Shown here: piece by piece, positions 26,576 through 39,570 of the stretch
Numbering within the stretch: the first letter of the stretch is position 1
Layout of the letters: each line of letters starts with the position of its first letter
From: Pseudovirgaria hyperparasitica
Taxonomy: Eukaryota
Length of the DNA: 64,000 nucleotides
Assembly: GCA_010093815.1 (NCBI GenBank)
Contig: ML996578.1
Reading direction: 5' to 3' (one strand)
Notes under the pieces: model-generated
What the model was told of the DNA's origin: nothing
Seen by the model: the letters and a program-made list of their open reading frames with translations, nothing else
Database searches by the model: none
Made by a program: the position numbers and the translations under genes

Positions 26576-29057
26576 ATGGGCATTCGAAAGTTTATACCAT
26601 GGCCAGCCATAGCCCTTACGGCAGCGCAGGTCATGACCACCTATGATCATGAAGCGATTGATTATTCGACCTATGTCTCTCCTTTGTGCGTATAACAAGA
26701 GAAAAAAGACAGTCCTGTTGTAAGTACAGTCTAGCTAACTATGTCCTAGTGTTGGCACGACTGGGGGTGGAAACATGTTTCCAGGTGTTTCTTCAGGTAT
26801 AGAGACTCTCTGACTCGATGTATGTTTCCTGACCATCCTACAGGTCCATTCGCTGTAGTTAAACTGGGACCAGATGTCTCATCTGGCACAACGGACGCAT
26901 ACTCTGGTTACTTGCCTAGTGGTAATATCACAGGTTTTAGCATGCTCCATGAGTCGGGCACAGGGGGTGCTCCCAAGTATGGAGTGGTATCGCAAATGCC
27001 AGTCGCTGGTCGGATTATGGATCCCTTGGCCGACTTCTCAATGGGCCGTAGAAGCGAGGACCTTGCTGAAGTAGGGTACTACAAATCTTCTCTCGCAAAT
27101 GGTGTTACTGTTGAGCTTGCGGCTACAAATCATGCTGGGGTGTATCAGTATACCTTCCCGTCCGAGCAGACAAACTCGATTTACGTAGACATCACACATG
27201 TACTGCCATCGTTCAGGGGCTTCGGGTGGGGCCAGGAATACAGAGGTAGGAACATTGCAGTTACGACCGATGGACGGTACACAGGCGAGGGCTCGTACAA
27301 CAAGGGCTGGAATTTGTGTATGTGCTCATGTACCTCGCTGACAGCAATCGCTAATTCAGTCAGCTCCTGACTGGACGATCTACTTTTGTGGAAAATTTAG
27401 TGAAAAGCCACAGAGTGCTCGCGTGTTCAAAGGGTCCAACATTACCGAGGCACGCATGGCAGATACAAGCAGTGTGAATACTCGCGTTGCAGAAAAAATT
27501 GGAGGAATTTTCGAATTTGACAGCTCGACAGTGACCTCGTATGTGGGTGTCTCATGGATTTCGACCGACAGAGCGTGCGAGTATATGGAGCAGGAGCTCT
27601 CAGGACCACCAAAGTTTGAAGACGTTGTGCAGACTGCCAAAGACCGCTGGAACAATGAGGTCTTCTCCAAGATCACCACCAGCAGTACCAACGACAACGA
27701 CCTGAAGCTTTTGTATACAGCACTGTATGGAATGCACCTCATACCCTCTAATCGGACAGGAGAGAACCCACTTTGGACATCTAATGAGCCCTACTATGAT
27801 GATATCTTTACCTTCTGGGATCTCTTCCGTTGCTCCACAGCCTTGACACACGTCCTGCAGCCTGAAGCTTACGAAGAGCAGATTCGCTCCATCATCGATA
27901 TATGGCGACATGACGGCTTCATGCCGGACGGGAGGTCTTCAAACTTCAACGGACGTACGCAAGGTGGATCCAACGCAGACAATGTATTGGCTGATGCATA
28001 CGTCAAGGGTGTCCAAGGCAGCATCAATTGGGAGGACGGGTATTCGGCCATAAAGGAAGACGCAGAGACTCAGCCTCCAAACAATAACGACCCTATCGCC
28101 CCTGAGGCTTCTACAAAAGAGGGAAGAGGTGCTTTACCGGACTGGCTCAAGTACGGCTACATTACCCCTAGTTTCACCAGAGCTGTGTCTCGATCAGTCG
28201 AATACTCTGTGAACGACTTCAGTCTCTATCAAGTCGCGACTGGTCTAGGCAAGACTGCCGACGCGCAAAAATATCTGGACAGGTCGCGCAATTGGCGCAA
28301 CCACTGGAATCCTGATGCATCGAGCAATGGACACAGCGGCTTCATGGTCCCTCGCAAAGCAGACGGCTCCTTTGTCGATCAAGACCCCCTTTCCTGCGGA
28401 GGCTGCTACTGGGGCGACGCCTACTACCAAGGCTTGCCGTGGGAATACTCCATGAACGCACACCACGACTTCGCACACACCACCGAGCTCGTCGGCGGCA
28501 CACTCCGCATGGTCGATCGGCTCGAGAAGATGTTCGAAGAAGGCTTGTCCTCGAGAGCCGGGAAGCTGTCCGGAACAATCTTCAACCCGGCGAACGAGCC
28601 GTCATTCACGACGCCGTACCTGTACAACTTTGTCGGTAGACAGGATTTGGCGGTCCAACGATCGCGCTACGTCGCGAAGACGTTCTACACCACAGCCACG
28701 AACGGCATTCCCGGGAACAGCGACGCCGGCGCCATGCAGACCTGGCTGTTGTGGAATATGATTGGCCTATATCCACTCACCGGCCAAACGACGTTCCTGA
28801 TCGGAAGTCCCTGGTTCGAGAGTATGAGCATTAATCTTGGCAACGGAAGGGCGCTGAAGATCACCTCGAGTGGAGGGAATAGTGATACGGCCTACTATGT
28901 CCAGAGCCTGCGCGTGAACGGGGAGAACTGGACCAAGAATTGGCTTACGTGGAGCGATGTATTTGAGAATGGCGGCACGATGGAGTTTGTGCTGGGAACG
29001 CAGGCAAAGAAATGGGATACGGGCGATCCGCCGCCAAGTCCAGCGTCGGACAAGTGA
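26576..29057 (+). CDS. Secreted GH92 alpha-1,2-mannosidase
   Basis: Signal peptide, GTTGGGNMFPG, FSMLHESGTGG, FWDLFR, GRTQGGSNAD, SRSVEYS, NEPSF and PGNSDAGAMQTW. Three introns in the 5' part. Confidence 0.95.
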
Positions 29058-29725
29058 GGCCGACGATGACGAGAGAAGTGGATTATGATGAGCGATGTCG
29101 GTCTGGGAGAAAGCACGATTTGCTAAAGACCGAGGTTCTGGATTTCTTACGCGCAATTGACTCAGTCCTGTTCAGCAGTGATTAAGATGGAAGAATAAAG
29201 AAGAGTTTCTCTATTTGGGACGGATGGTGCTGGTACCCGTAGTCATCGTACTAAATATACTAGGTTAATTGGATAGAGCATGCGATCGGCAGGGAGGTAT
29301 CATGCCGGCAACTCGAGCAATACTTTATGTCAGGGATGAATCGATGTATTGAATATACCACAGAGAATGGTACAAATTTAGGAGAGTTTAGACATAGATA
29401 CGCCCACATAGACCACAGTATGTGCCAGACATCTTGGATATGATGCCTAAATGGCTTGAGCGGTCCTGCCACCTCCCACGTGATTTCACAGCGAAAGATC
29501 TGGGGCTGAGCTGGGATTTTGAGCTCATGGTGGATTGTGGTAGGGAGGGGTTGGGCAATTGTGGCCATGGCTATGGCTATGGATATGCGCTGAAAGGAAG
29601 GGTATTCGCTGGTGGCAGGGTACAGTATCAGCACTCCATACCATATTAGCTTAATGGTCAGATTCTCTGCGAGGTGTAAAAGTATGTTCTGGGTAGCAGC
29701 TTCGGAAAAGTCATTTTGACTAGTG

Positions 29726-30843
29726 TCACCCTTGCATCTCTGCGGGTGTATGTGATGAACCTGTTGGCAGTCCTGGCCTGGATTCCTGTGGCATTAGAGA
29801 GGGGTTGTTTGTCGATATGTTTCCTGCATAGCTTGGTGGAAGTTGCTGCTGGGTCTGGTTGTACTGAGGCTGATGTGTAGATAATTGGGGTTCACTATAT
29901 TGACGACTTTGCGGTCCGTGGTTCTGTGATGGCTGATGATAAGAAGATGGGTGTGGTCCTTGTGGATACGGATACTTTGAGTCCTGTGCAGGCGGTGTTT
30001 GGGTCGAACCAGAGGCATATTGAGATTGTGTGACATGAGGCTGTGAATGTGATGATTGGATGGAATGCTGCGATGTGGATGACCGGCCGTATTGGTCGTT
30101 TTGTGACGCCTGCAAAGGATGCTGCTGAGGTCGCTTTGTATCTGGTGCATAGTATCCCGATTGTGTCTGGGAGCTCGACGGCTTTTGGTCCATGGAGGTC
30201 TGATCGTGGTACGCCGGAGGCAGAGGCGCATCCGGTTTGCTAGGCCGCGGGGGTCGTCCGCTTACCCTCTCCTTTTCAATGAGTCTGTTGATTAACCTCT
30301 GCACTAACTCTTCATGCGACTTCTTCAGGTTTTTCTTTACGAACGCCATCACGAGCATGTTGCACCGTAGATCCACGTCTTCGCGGATATATAGGCCTTC
30401 CTTGGGCGCTCCAATGCCCAGCTCTGACGTCTCTCTGGGTTCGCCAGGGAGTGATCCACCGACCGACCATTTCCCCTTTATATTGACGCCCATGGGCGCG
30501 AATACGTGTGTTTGTAGACCGTCGTGTAGATCGTGGAACGATGCGTTGAACGAGACGTTGCCTTCCGCAAGACCACCTGGTAGATATGATACCCTGTCTG
30601 GCAGGTTTTAGTTATGTCGCGTCTTCTAAGGTTGCCTGTGCTATGCGTACCTGTGATTGTATACCATTGACACTTGCGCTCTTCCTCCGATGCGTGATCG
30701 GGAGGCTCGCATTTGGTGCGACTTACGACCAATGGACCGAGGTCTATCATATCAAAATGATTATGGAATGTCTCCATCACAGTCTCTTTGGAAATGCTCG
30801 GAGGCAGTGGTGTGACGGTCGTGAAATATGTACGTTTCGACAT
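29726..30843 (-). CDS. Conserved fungal hypothetical protein (DUF7053-like N-terminal domain, Q/P/S-rich disordered tail)
   Basis: MSKRTYFTTVTPLP...HNHFDMIDLGPLV, then one intron near 30600-30650. Continues DRVSYLPGG...GLQTHVFAPMGV...LYIREDVDLRCN. Family assignment is from memory. Confidence 0.75.
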
Positions 30844-32150
30844 TTCGGTATGATGCAAAACGACCTAACGACGCAGTAGTAAAGTCGATTCTTTTATGGG
30901 CGGAACTGAGAGAGGCCAGTGGAGAGGGGCAGTAGATCTTCCAGGTTCTGCGAGGTTGACTCTGGACTGTAGTGCGAATGCGAGGCTAGGGTATGTGGTC
31001 AGCGTGTTCCATTTTTAGATCAAGGTGGAGCTGAGAAGCCTGCGGCGTAAATTCCAAGCGCTACTGCGCTCCTGCGCTGCTGCGGTAGCCGTGCGCAACC
31101 GTTTAAAGCGGTAGATTTCCGTGTCCACTGTTTGTTAATGAATGTCCCTGGTGTTTATATCTGTGTACGTACCCGTACTGGTGTTGGGAGACATGGCATG
31201 TGCATTACCACTTCAGACATCAGGTTACAAAATACGCAACCAAGGAGAACTCGTCCGAGAGCTGTATCTACACCGAGCATATTTGAAAGAGAAATCTTTA
31301 CCAGTAGCCGTAAGACGACTTGCTAGAATTAGTCACCGGTATGCACGAAGGACTTGTTTGGAGCCTCAGGCAGCAGTGTTATCGTTGAATGACACTGACT
31401 CAGTCTGAAGAATATGGAGTGACCCGGTATCCATGATTGACATGATGATCCTGGGAATCATGGTACGTGCACCCGTTTGTGGTCGATCATGGATGCGAAC
31501 AGTTCGCTGTTTCGACTTGTCCTATAATGAACACTCACAAAATAGCGGCTACTACTCGACGCTTGACACATGACTACTCTTACCTCCTTCAAGGTCTACC
31601 CCCGTACGTCCAAGATACCTGCTATTCACAATTATATCTTCTATGGGTTGATGGAGACCCATGGAAACATGAGCTACACCTATGCGTGTAACAGCTGCTG
31701 TAGCGACTGTGGATAGAGTGATAGAGTGCGAGTGGTCATGCGCGTCCAATGGAAAAAGCCATGAAACGATCAAGAAGTCGGGCACAGCCACTCACGCATC
31801 GACACAAACCTGCAGGCCTACGCGCGTTTACATCCCAGTCCGCCTGAAGACTCACTCGTCGATCAAGCATCTTTCATAAAGACAATGACCCCGCAGGTTC
31901 GGTTTTACTTCATACACAAAACCACTTTGGCCATCTTCGAATTTTGGGAAAGGCACACAGCGATCAGAAATCGAGAATAACTACCTAGCCTCTCATTCAT
32001 TAGCTACGTAGTTCCTTACCCAAGGTAGCTCTAGCCGCCTCCCACTACGCCACCTAGTAGTCACCAACAAAGCTCGACAGCTCGAAAGACGCGTCCTTCA
32101 ACCCAAAGCTCAACCTCAGACTCTACATCGACTGCACCTCGCAATTGACA

Positions 32151-32761
32151 ATGACTTTCAACTTCACGCTGCCGCTTCGTGCGGCCCAAGGCCTTTTCGT
32201 ATTCATCGATCTCGTCCTGATGTCTTATGGTACGTCATATCCTTCCCAGCCAACCTGTGACATAGTGGCTTGGCGTATGTATTTGCTCATAATGCAAGAT
32301 CCTGACTTCAAATAGTTGCGCACTGGTGGAGTGGCGCCTGGCATGTGTATTCCCCCCCCGAGATCAACTTCTTGATCTTCTGCTGCGCATGGACCATTCT
32401 TGCCCTCGCATACCTCATCGTTGCGCCGGCACGATTCCCCAAGGCTGCACACAAATTCGGCATCCTAGGCGCCGAGTTCTTGACCATGATCTTTTGGTTT
32501 GCTGGTTTCATCGCACTCGCTGCCTATCTTGGGGATCGTTGGTGCATCGGGACTGTATGCAATTGTGCCAAGGCTGGCGTTGCATTCGCTGCCTTCCTGT
32601 GGTAAGTCGGTCTGGAAACCTTACAAGAGGGTATACTTATTATGTATGACAGGGTTCTCTTTGCTGCGACGTTCGCTATGGCTCTCCTCCACGTATGGAA
32701 GACTCGTAATACGAATGATTCTCGGCCAGATCCAAAAATCGAGATGCATCAAGGCGCCTAA
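32151..32761 (+). CDS. MARVEL-domain membrane protein
   Basis: Three exons. LRAAQGLF...SPPEINFLIFCCAWT...EFLTMIFWFAGFIALA...C.GTVC..AKAGVAFAAFLW, four hydrophobic segments. Confidence 0.88.
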
Positions 32762-33642
32762 AGGAGCGCAGAAATGAGCTGGCCCATCGTCTCGAATCAC
32801 GCCCTAGCGTGAATGGACTTGAATTCGAAGTTTTCCTTAAAATGTCTGATATTGTTGTCTGATACCCATTCGCTTTTTCTTTCAACCATTCCACAAATGT
32901 CGTATTGAGCGCGTACAGATGTACGCCTCGCGGAGGCAATGCAACATCTATCGTAATCACCCTATGCTGTATCCGTCTATATCTGATTCATCTATCCCTT
33001 CCTAACTTTTCGCCGAAATGTCTTGAATATCGCTACCCACGCATCCCATATTTCAGGCCAGTAACTCGTTGTAATGCAGATACGTGATGAGAAGTTCTAA
33101 AAAACCAATCCTCTTTCGAAGTGAATGCAGATAGTGGCGGTATATGGCCCGTAGTTCATACTCGCGGTGACTATGCTCCACAGACCCACGAAACAGGCTT
33201 GGTTATTTCCTCTCTATTACCCCTACTTCCTAGTTATCTCAGGCAAAGACATGCATTGCAATTTGCTACCGTGTGGAGCAATAAATCAAGTCGCCGCGAA
33301 GCCTCAGGACAGCATATTACAAGAGTAAGATCAGTTGCTACACGTTCTAGTGGCGATATCAAAAGTATAAAGTTAGTGGTCCATGGAATTGAAGTAGTAA
33401 TATACTTTATATATAGGAAAATAAAATATACTCATGGATCTTCAATTCCCATTACTATAGAGTATAATATTCTCCAGAAGTCTTCGGGATAATAAAAGGC
33501 ACGAGCTAGCATATCGTGGGGCGAGTAGCAGGCTGGCCCCACCCTAGATATCCTCCGCGTCGCGACAGTACAGACGCGTCATTCGATCAATCCATACACG
33601 AAGCGCAGCGATGAGGTTCTTTCTAACCTAATCACATTAAAC

Positions 33643-34918
33643 ATGCGGTTCAAGGCCTCTATACAGAATATCACAACATTCACGAGTATGCAAGCTGAAT
33701 CGTACTTTTGCTGGCTACTTTCTTACCTCTTCTAGAACTGACCGCGTCACTTGCATCGCTTGGACCTATTGCATGGGTACGGCTCAATGAGACTGAAGTC
33801 CGCTTCACGGTTATACCAGAGCAAGGGACGCAAGTGTGGGCGTCTGTGTCCCAGATTTGCTCCTGAAGTCATTTTCTAACATCGTTTCAGCGTATTGTCG
33901 ATCGTACGTATCTACCCTCCTGAACGAATGCACCCACTAAGCCGTACCGCATCAGAACGCCATATTCGACGACCAGTACAGCATTCAGTCAGCGGCTGAC
34001 AATGTCATCAACCTCGAGGTTCCCCTTAATTCGCTCCAGCGCGCACTGAAGTCAGCTTCACAAGCTACTGCTGCACACATCCGCTTGACCAAGAAAGATG
34101 GCCTTCCACTCCTGGCTTTGACAATCACCACAAGTACACTCAGCAGCACACCTCATCCGACGTGGGGCACAGCTCGTCAACAGACTGGTTTTGATGAGAG
34201 TGAAAGCACAATAGGGGAGTTCGGCGGTGGAAGAGAACGTGAAACGGTCGTCACGCAAGAGATTCCGGTGCGTGTGCTCAGCCCACACCAGGTCGATGGC
34301 CTACACGAACCGCGGTGTCGAGAACCTGATGTGCACATTATGCTGCCATCTCTTCTACAGCTCAAGGGCATATCGGACAGATTCACGAGGCTAGCTTCAG
34401 GGGCGAAGGCAGTGGCAGCACCCAAGTTGGAAATGGCCGCGAATATGCACGGGTGTTTACGTCTCAGAATAAATACAGATGCGATGAACATTTCGAGCGT
34501 TTGGACAGGTCTATCAAATCCTGAGCTTGATCCTAGTCAAGTTGAGGGTGGCGAGGAAGGTGTACTTGAGCATCCGAGTACCAAGATGAAGAGGTTGGGA
34601 TCTGCAGATGGCAAGACCGAAGAAGGCTGGGCCAAAGTACGAATAGACGGCAAAGATTGGGGTAAAGTTATGTCGGTGGGACGTCTCGGGGGAAGAGTAA
34701 TAGCTTGTGAGAATTTTCATATGTATATATTGAGTTCGTTCACTAATAACTGCGACAGGCTTTTGCGACGACCATGCGCTAATCCTATACGTGTATCTCT
34801 CTGCAGAAGAGGAAGAAGGACGAGATGAGTCGGTTTTGACGGTATCTTCTCCATTCAATCTTCGAGGAGTTGCTTGCTAATGAGTCCCCAGTACTACATA
34901 AGCTCATATAGCGTGTGA
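33643..34918 (+). CDS. HUS1: 9-1-1 checkpoint clamp subunit Hus1
   Basis: MRFKASI..., IPEQGTQVW, 13-nt micro-exon 33891-33903 and YSIQSAADNVINLEV. Also IRLTKKDGLPLL, VTQEIPVRVL, EPRCREPDVHIMLP and terminal LT|YYISSYSV*. Confidence 0.92.
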
Positions 34919-37900
34919 TCTCTTTTATCTTGCTCCAGACTTAAAGAAACACTATGTGACTGCGTCCCAGTCTAGGGTGATTAGGAGTATATATAAAAAT
35001 GCTCCGCAACGCTTCTGGCTGCTTTGGCACTCTAAACAGCATATCACGTTGACATGCGTATACATATTCCTGTCAGCAGGGTCGACTCACCTAATTTCAC
35101 CAGTCTGCATGCAACCTTCTTCAATGGAACCTGCCTTTCCATTTCTGAGCAATCTCGGCTTGCGGCCCAACACCATGTTTCCACCCCCTTTCCTAATACG
35201 TGGCTTCAAGCATCGCATCAAGCGGTCATCTCCACTCGACATCAGACTTGCGATTTCTCATGCCACGTCTTTCTTATCGTCAGGAATTCAAGGAGGGAAC
35301 GAGACTCCCTAGGTACGCCACAGTTGGGTGCCTCGAGGATTCCATGATTAGAGATGTCGATTTGGAATCTAGAACTCACTTCGGGTTGCCATGGTGGCCA
35401 TGGTTGCATGCTGGGCCGTCCGAACGGATCGAATGATCGAACCATGTATGCATGATCGAGAACTATCTATGACGGGACCATTGTCGTGCTTGAGACACTT
35501 TGTATGCCTAGCTCGGTACGGATTGGTACAACGAGACATGGACGACGAGACAATAATACTACGCAATACAATCACAGGAACCCGTGAAAACCACGCAAAC
35601 GTCAGCATCGAAGCAGAATCCACGTCTGTGCCTACGCCATGTGTAACCAGCCTTGACTTTAAAGCATTGTATACCTCTTGGCCAGCCGTTACTATTAGAA
35701 GGAATTAGAGTAAGTACTAAGGACCTTAATTGTTAGCAGATAAATACGAATCGACTGAGCTCGCATGTTCTCCCGGGCATATACGACCTCAATGACATGT
35801 GCTTTATATAAATTATATTGGCTTTGTGACGTATCGACTATGAGTGTTCCTGTGTAACGATCTGCTGCACATGCAGCGCTGTGTAGTTCGTGTTCGATAC
35901 AGCTTGTTCCCATTTCTTTCAAATTTCCAGAGTACCAGTGGTAATTTATTCCGTACTCTGTGTTCCGATACAGTGTAACACAAATCCGACTACCACCAAA
36001 GGCGGCCGCTCCGCATTTAGCTTCGATACTATCGCAGTCTGCAGTAGACACGAACGCCTGCTCAGGCGGTCTTACATAGCCCGTCACATGTGAAAGACGT
36101 ATTTGCCCTCAATTTGGAGTGTTGGTTGTGTTGGCGTAGAAATCCGCCTTACCAGTAGAGAGGCGTGCGAATGACACCCAAGCGATGCAGAGATAATAGG
36201 TGGACCATGCCGGACACAAGCATTTTGGAAACATGGTTCAAGGAAAGAGCCTTGCATTCGCCCCCGCAAATGACCGGTCGACCGGTGTTGGGTTGGAGAT
36301 CCAGGCGACGATGCATCAAATATGGGAATGCTATCCCCTGTCCCACAGCCTACCCAAGACAAAACATTGTCGGAAGCCCCCCAAAAGGCCCATGCAGATA
36401 GCCAAGGCAGTGCCAGTCGTGTCATAAGGGTAGCCTCCTTCAATAATCTAAACTTGGACCCGGCATGTCCACAAATCGTGACGCCTGCCCAGGATCCATT
36501 GAAGTCGCGACCGCATGCCTCAGGAGCCAATGTCTCACTCGCTCCGGGGGAGAGGCCACCGGGCACAACCACGCTTCCACTCCGACGAACTCATGTTCGC
36601 CGCCCAACCACGTTGTGGCAAGGATCAACGTTGGTCCCGTATAAGGTGAGTTCTGACGACTCGGCCAATAGCTTGGCTCAGCACAGTTACGGACCGCGAA
36701 TACGGCCACCCATAGCGGATCCTTCATATGATCTGGATTTGTGTATTGGCATGTATCAGGAGCTAATTTAGGCTCGTGTCGAAGCTGCTGGAGCCTATGT
36801 TGCTGCGTGCCTACAATTGGATTGACCTGGTCACCGGTGAATGAAATGTTTGATCAGCGAGTGATAGTTGTCCTTTGCAGTGCAGTTCCAATTGACGCTT
36901 TCGTGAAGCTGCCCCCTGCCTCGACCTATTATTCATCACCCACTCGCTGAGGTGTTCTCCTGATCGGGGGCATGACAAGGCGTATCATGGCATCATGGAT
37001 TCTGGACAACATACGCGGATTACGAGTCTCATGAATGAACCTGGGCGATGGAGGCAGACAGAGAACAACCCCCAAAAAAACCTACACGTCAGCTCGGCTG
37101 TTTCCCTCTCCCCCTGGCTCATCTCTAGATATATCCCACGAACCAGTCGCAGAACCGACTTGTTCTGACATCCAAGGCACCAGCAGGATCATAGCCCGCA
37201 CGTACGGTCGATAGCACGTTTTATGGATCCCGGCTCGGTGCCTGCAGCGTGCATATATGCAGTGGACACATTAGAGCTGGGTGAGCGTGGGGTACCACAA
37301 AGACGGAACCTAAGTGGACCATAACACTCGAACCGGAAATGTAAGCTTCTGGTAAGTCATCCCGACAACACACGTTAGCAAAGTTTGGTCCGTAAATGCA
37401 GGCCACAGGCCCGCAGCAAGGCTGTGTAGATGTGGATTATAACGTCTTGTGCTGAGAAACATGCGGGTGGGGCGTAATGTAGGGGTTGGAGTGTGAGGCT
37501 AGTGTCAGCCCACGTTGTACCCTTGTCAGAGTCGCGGGTATGAAAGCCAATCACAGAGAATAATGCGCTTATAATCCAAAGAAAAATTTTGCGGGCTCTA
37601 TTTTAAGATCGTGACTCTATCAAACGGTGATTGGTTGGTGGCTCGAGGGCCGAGGGGAGTCTGCTTTTACAATTGCTGCGTTGGGGATTACGAAGATAAG
37701 ATTATCGGATCATAAGGAGTTGGTAATGTGGTATCCTATCCCGCGCAACTGACTTGCCAGCTTCATTATACATACTGAGAGAGAGAAGGATACGCGGTCA
37801 CGCTGTTTCTGCGCAGCCTCACCTCGAAGTCTCGACTTTGCGCCTCGCAGCCTCAAGGTCACGCCACTATCACAGGAATGCTGCACGCTCCACAAGATGA

Positions 37901-39570
37901 GGCTGGATAGTGAGCAGGAATTGAATGCGATATGACAACAACCACGCAGCTGGAGCCTTGATGTAAGCGGGGCTCTATCAGGGTGGGCATCTCCCACATA
38001 GATCGTCATGGAGCATGGTACATATCTGCAGGTACCAGATGTGACCGTTACATGCACCTGAAAAATAGCTTTTGCCGGATGCGGTGTGCTGAAATTAGGA
38101 GACTCTATCTGTTGCACTGGTGTGAATTTAGGTGCGCAGGTAGAGCTTTGTTGCATAGCTGAGAAGCAAGATTCGTGAGAATGCTTATTGGAAAAGTGGG
38201 AGGTGTGTAATAGGAGTAATGGAGTTGTGGTGTGTGATGCCATGCACAGTGGGATGTGACGTCGTGCGCAGACTGATCAACTGTTTGAGGCTTGGAGAGC
38301 ACGAGAAAAGTGTCGGAGTCACGCAATAATGACTGACCATCGTCAAGGCCGAATGTGATGCTGAGTGAGTGGGAGAGTGAGGGAAGAGATACAGTAAGCT
38401 TCTAGAAGGAGTGCATTGTCGGCGCTGGAGGCACTGAGGACGTTACGCAAGCCTGACCACAGCGCTGCAGCTGCAAATACTTTGTTTGGAAAAACTCGGG
38501 TGGGACGGCAGTCTGGTCTGGTATAGTTGTACTAATCAACAGACAAACTATCGGGCGATGGAGAGGGATCCTACTAAGCAGAGACGTCGAAGAAAATACA
38601 TCGAATCACGAGGTGACCATGATGGTGGACTGGACAAGGAAGGACATGAGATGGATGACTCGAGCACCGATGACTGTGAAAAAGAGTGCGTTCCAACGTC
38701 TGACCGACCCTATGTGATTAAGTCGCCGAGATGCAACTGCGCAGTCTGTCTGTTATGATGTTCGGGAGGCTTGCATTCGGGCGAAACACAATGGATGACT
38801 ATTATTGCGATGGTGCTGGGAGCACACACTCAAAGCATCATTATGAAGGTCCAACTCATCGTATCATCCCTGACTGTGAAAGGTGCATAGATAGACATAA
38901 GAGTGATTGGAATAGACCCTTGTCCGCCTTGTCGCCTGAACCATGGGATACATTCCTCGTGTGCTTTCATTGTTGATCGTTAGTCTTCATGTGGTGCGCG
39001 ATTCCACGAATAATAACGTTCTAGCCCAGCACCGTGGATTGGGGGCCCGCGTTGCGCTATACGAGTATCTCCCGCCCGCAAACGCGATCAATGGGACGCA
39101 GCATTATTGGGTCGTTGCAGCACTTCCTCGTCCTATCCATGCTGCTGTGGATCTTGAATCATTATGTGCTCACCACTTGCTGCCCGCTTCGTGTAATATG
39201 TCATTATAAGTCTATTCTTCGAATGTCTTTCTCGCCGAGGCCACTCTTTAGCTCTGGCGGCCTCCAAGGGTGAAGCAGCCACACTGCCCATTCAGGCATT
39301 ATAGGGAACTGCGGTACTACACTGTCTACCCTGTCTTTCAAGGCACTTGGTCACTGCACACGGTCTAACAAACGGACCAAAAGACAGCCCCCCTAGGAGC
39401 AGGAAAACAGGTTGGACAAGAACATGCTTGCTGAGCGATCACGAATGATGCCGCGGGCTTTGATAATCGGCTGGACCAAGATAGAAACAAATGCTGGGAC
39501 AGCCGTTGCGAGTTGTGGGTGACAGAGGACAGATAAGATGCTCTCATGTAAGCAGGCAGGTACTGTGATA

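Noticed and set aside
32266..32274. Possible 9-nt micro-exon (TAG|TGGCTTGGC|GTATGT) inside MARVEL intron 1
   Set aside because: The upstream intron would be only 36 nt with no properly spaced branch point.
36322..36771. 149-aa Pro-rich ORF, and the neighbouring 130-aa minus ORF 35695-36087
   Set aside because: No recognisable domain or splice support. They could be orphan genes but cannot be supported from sequence alone.
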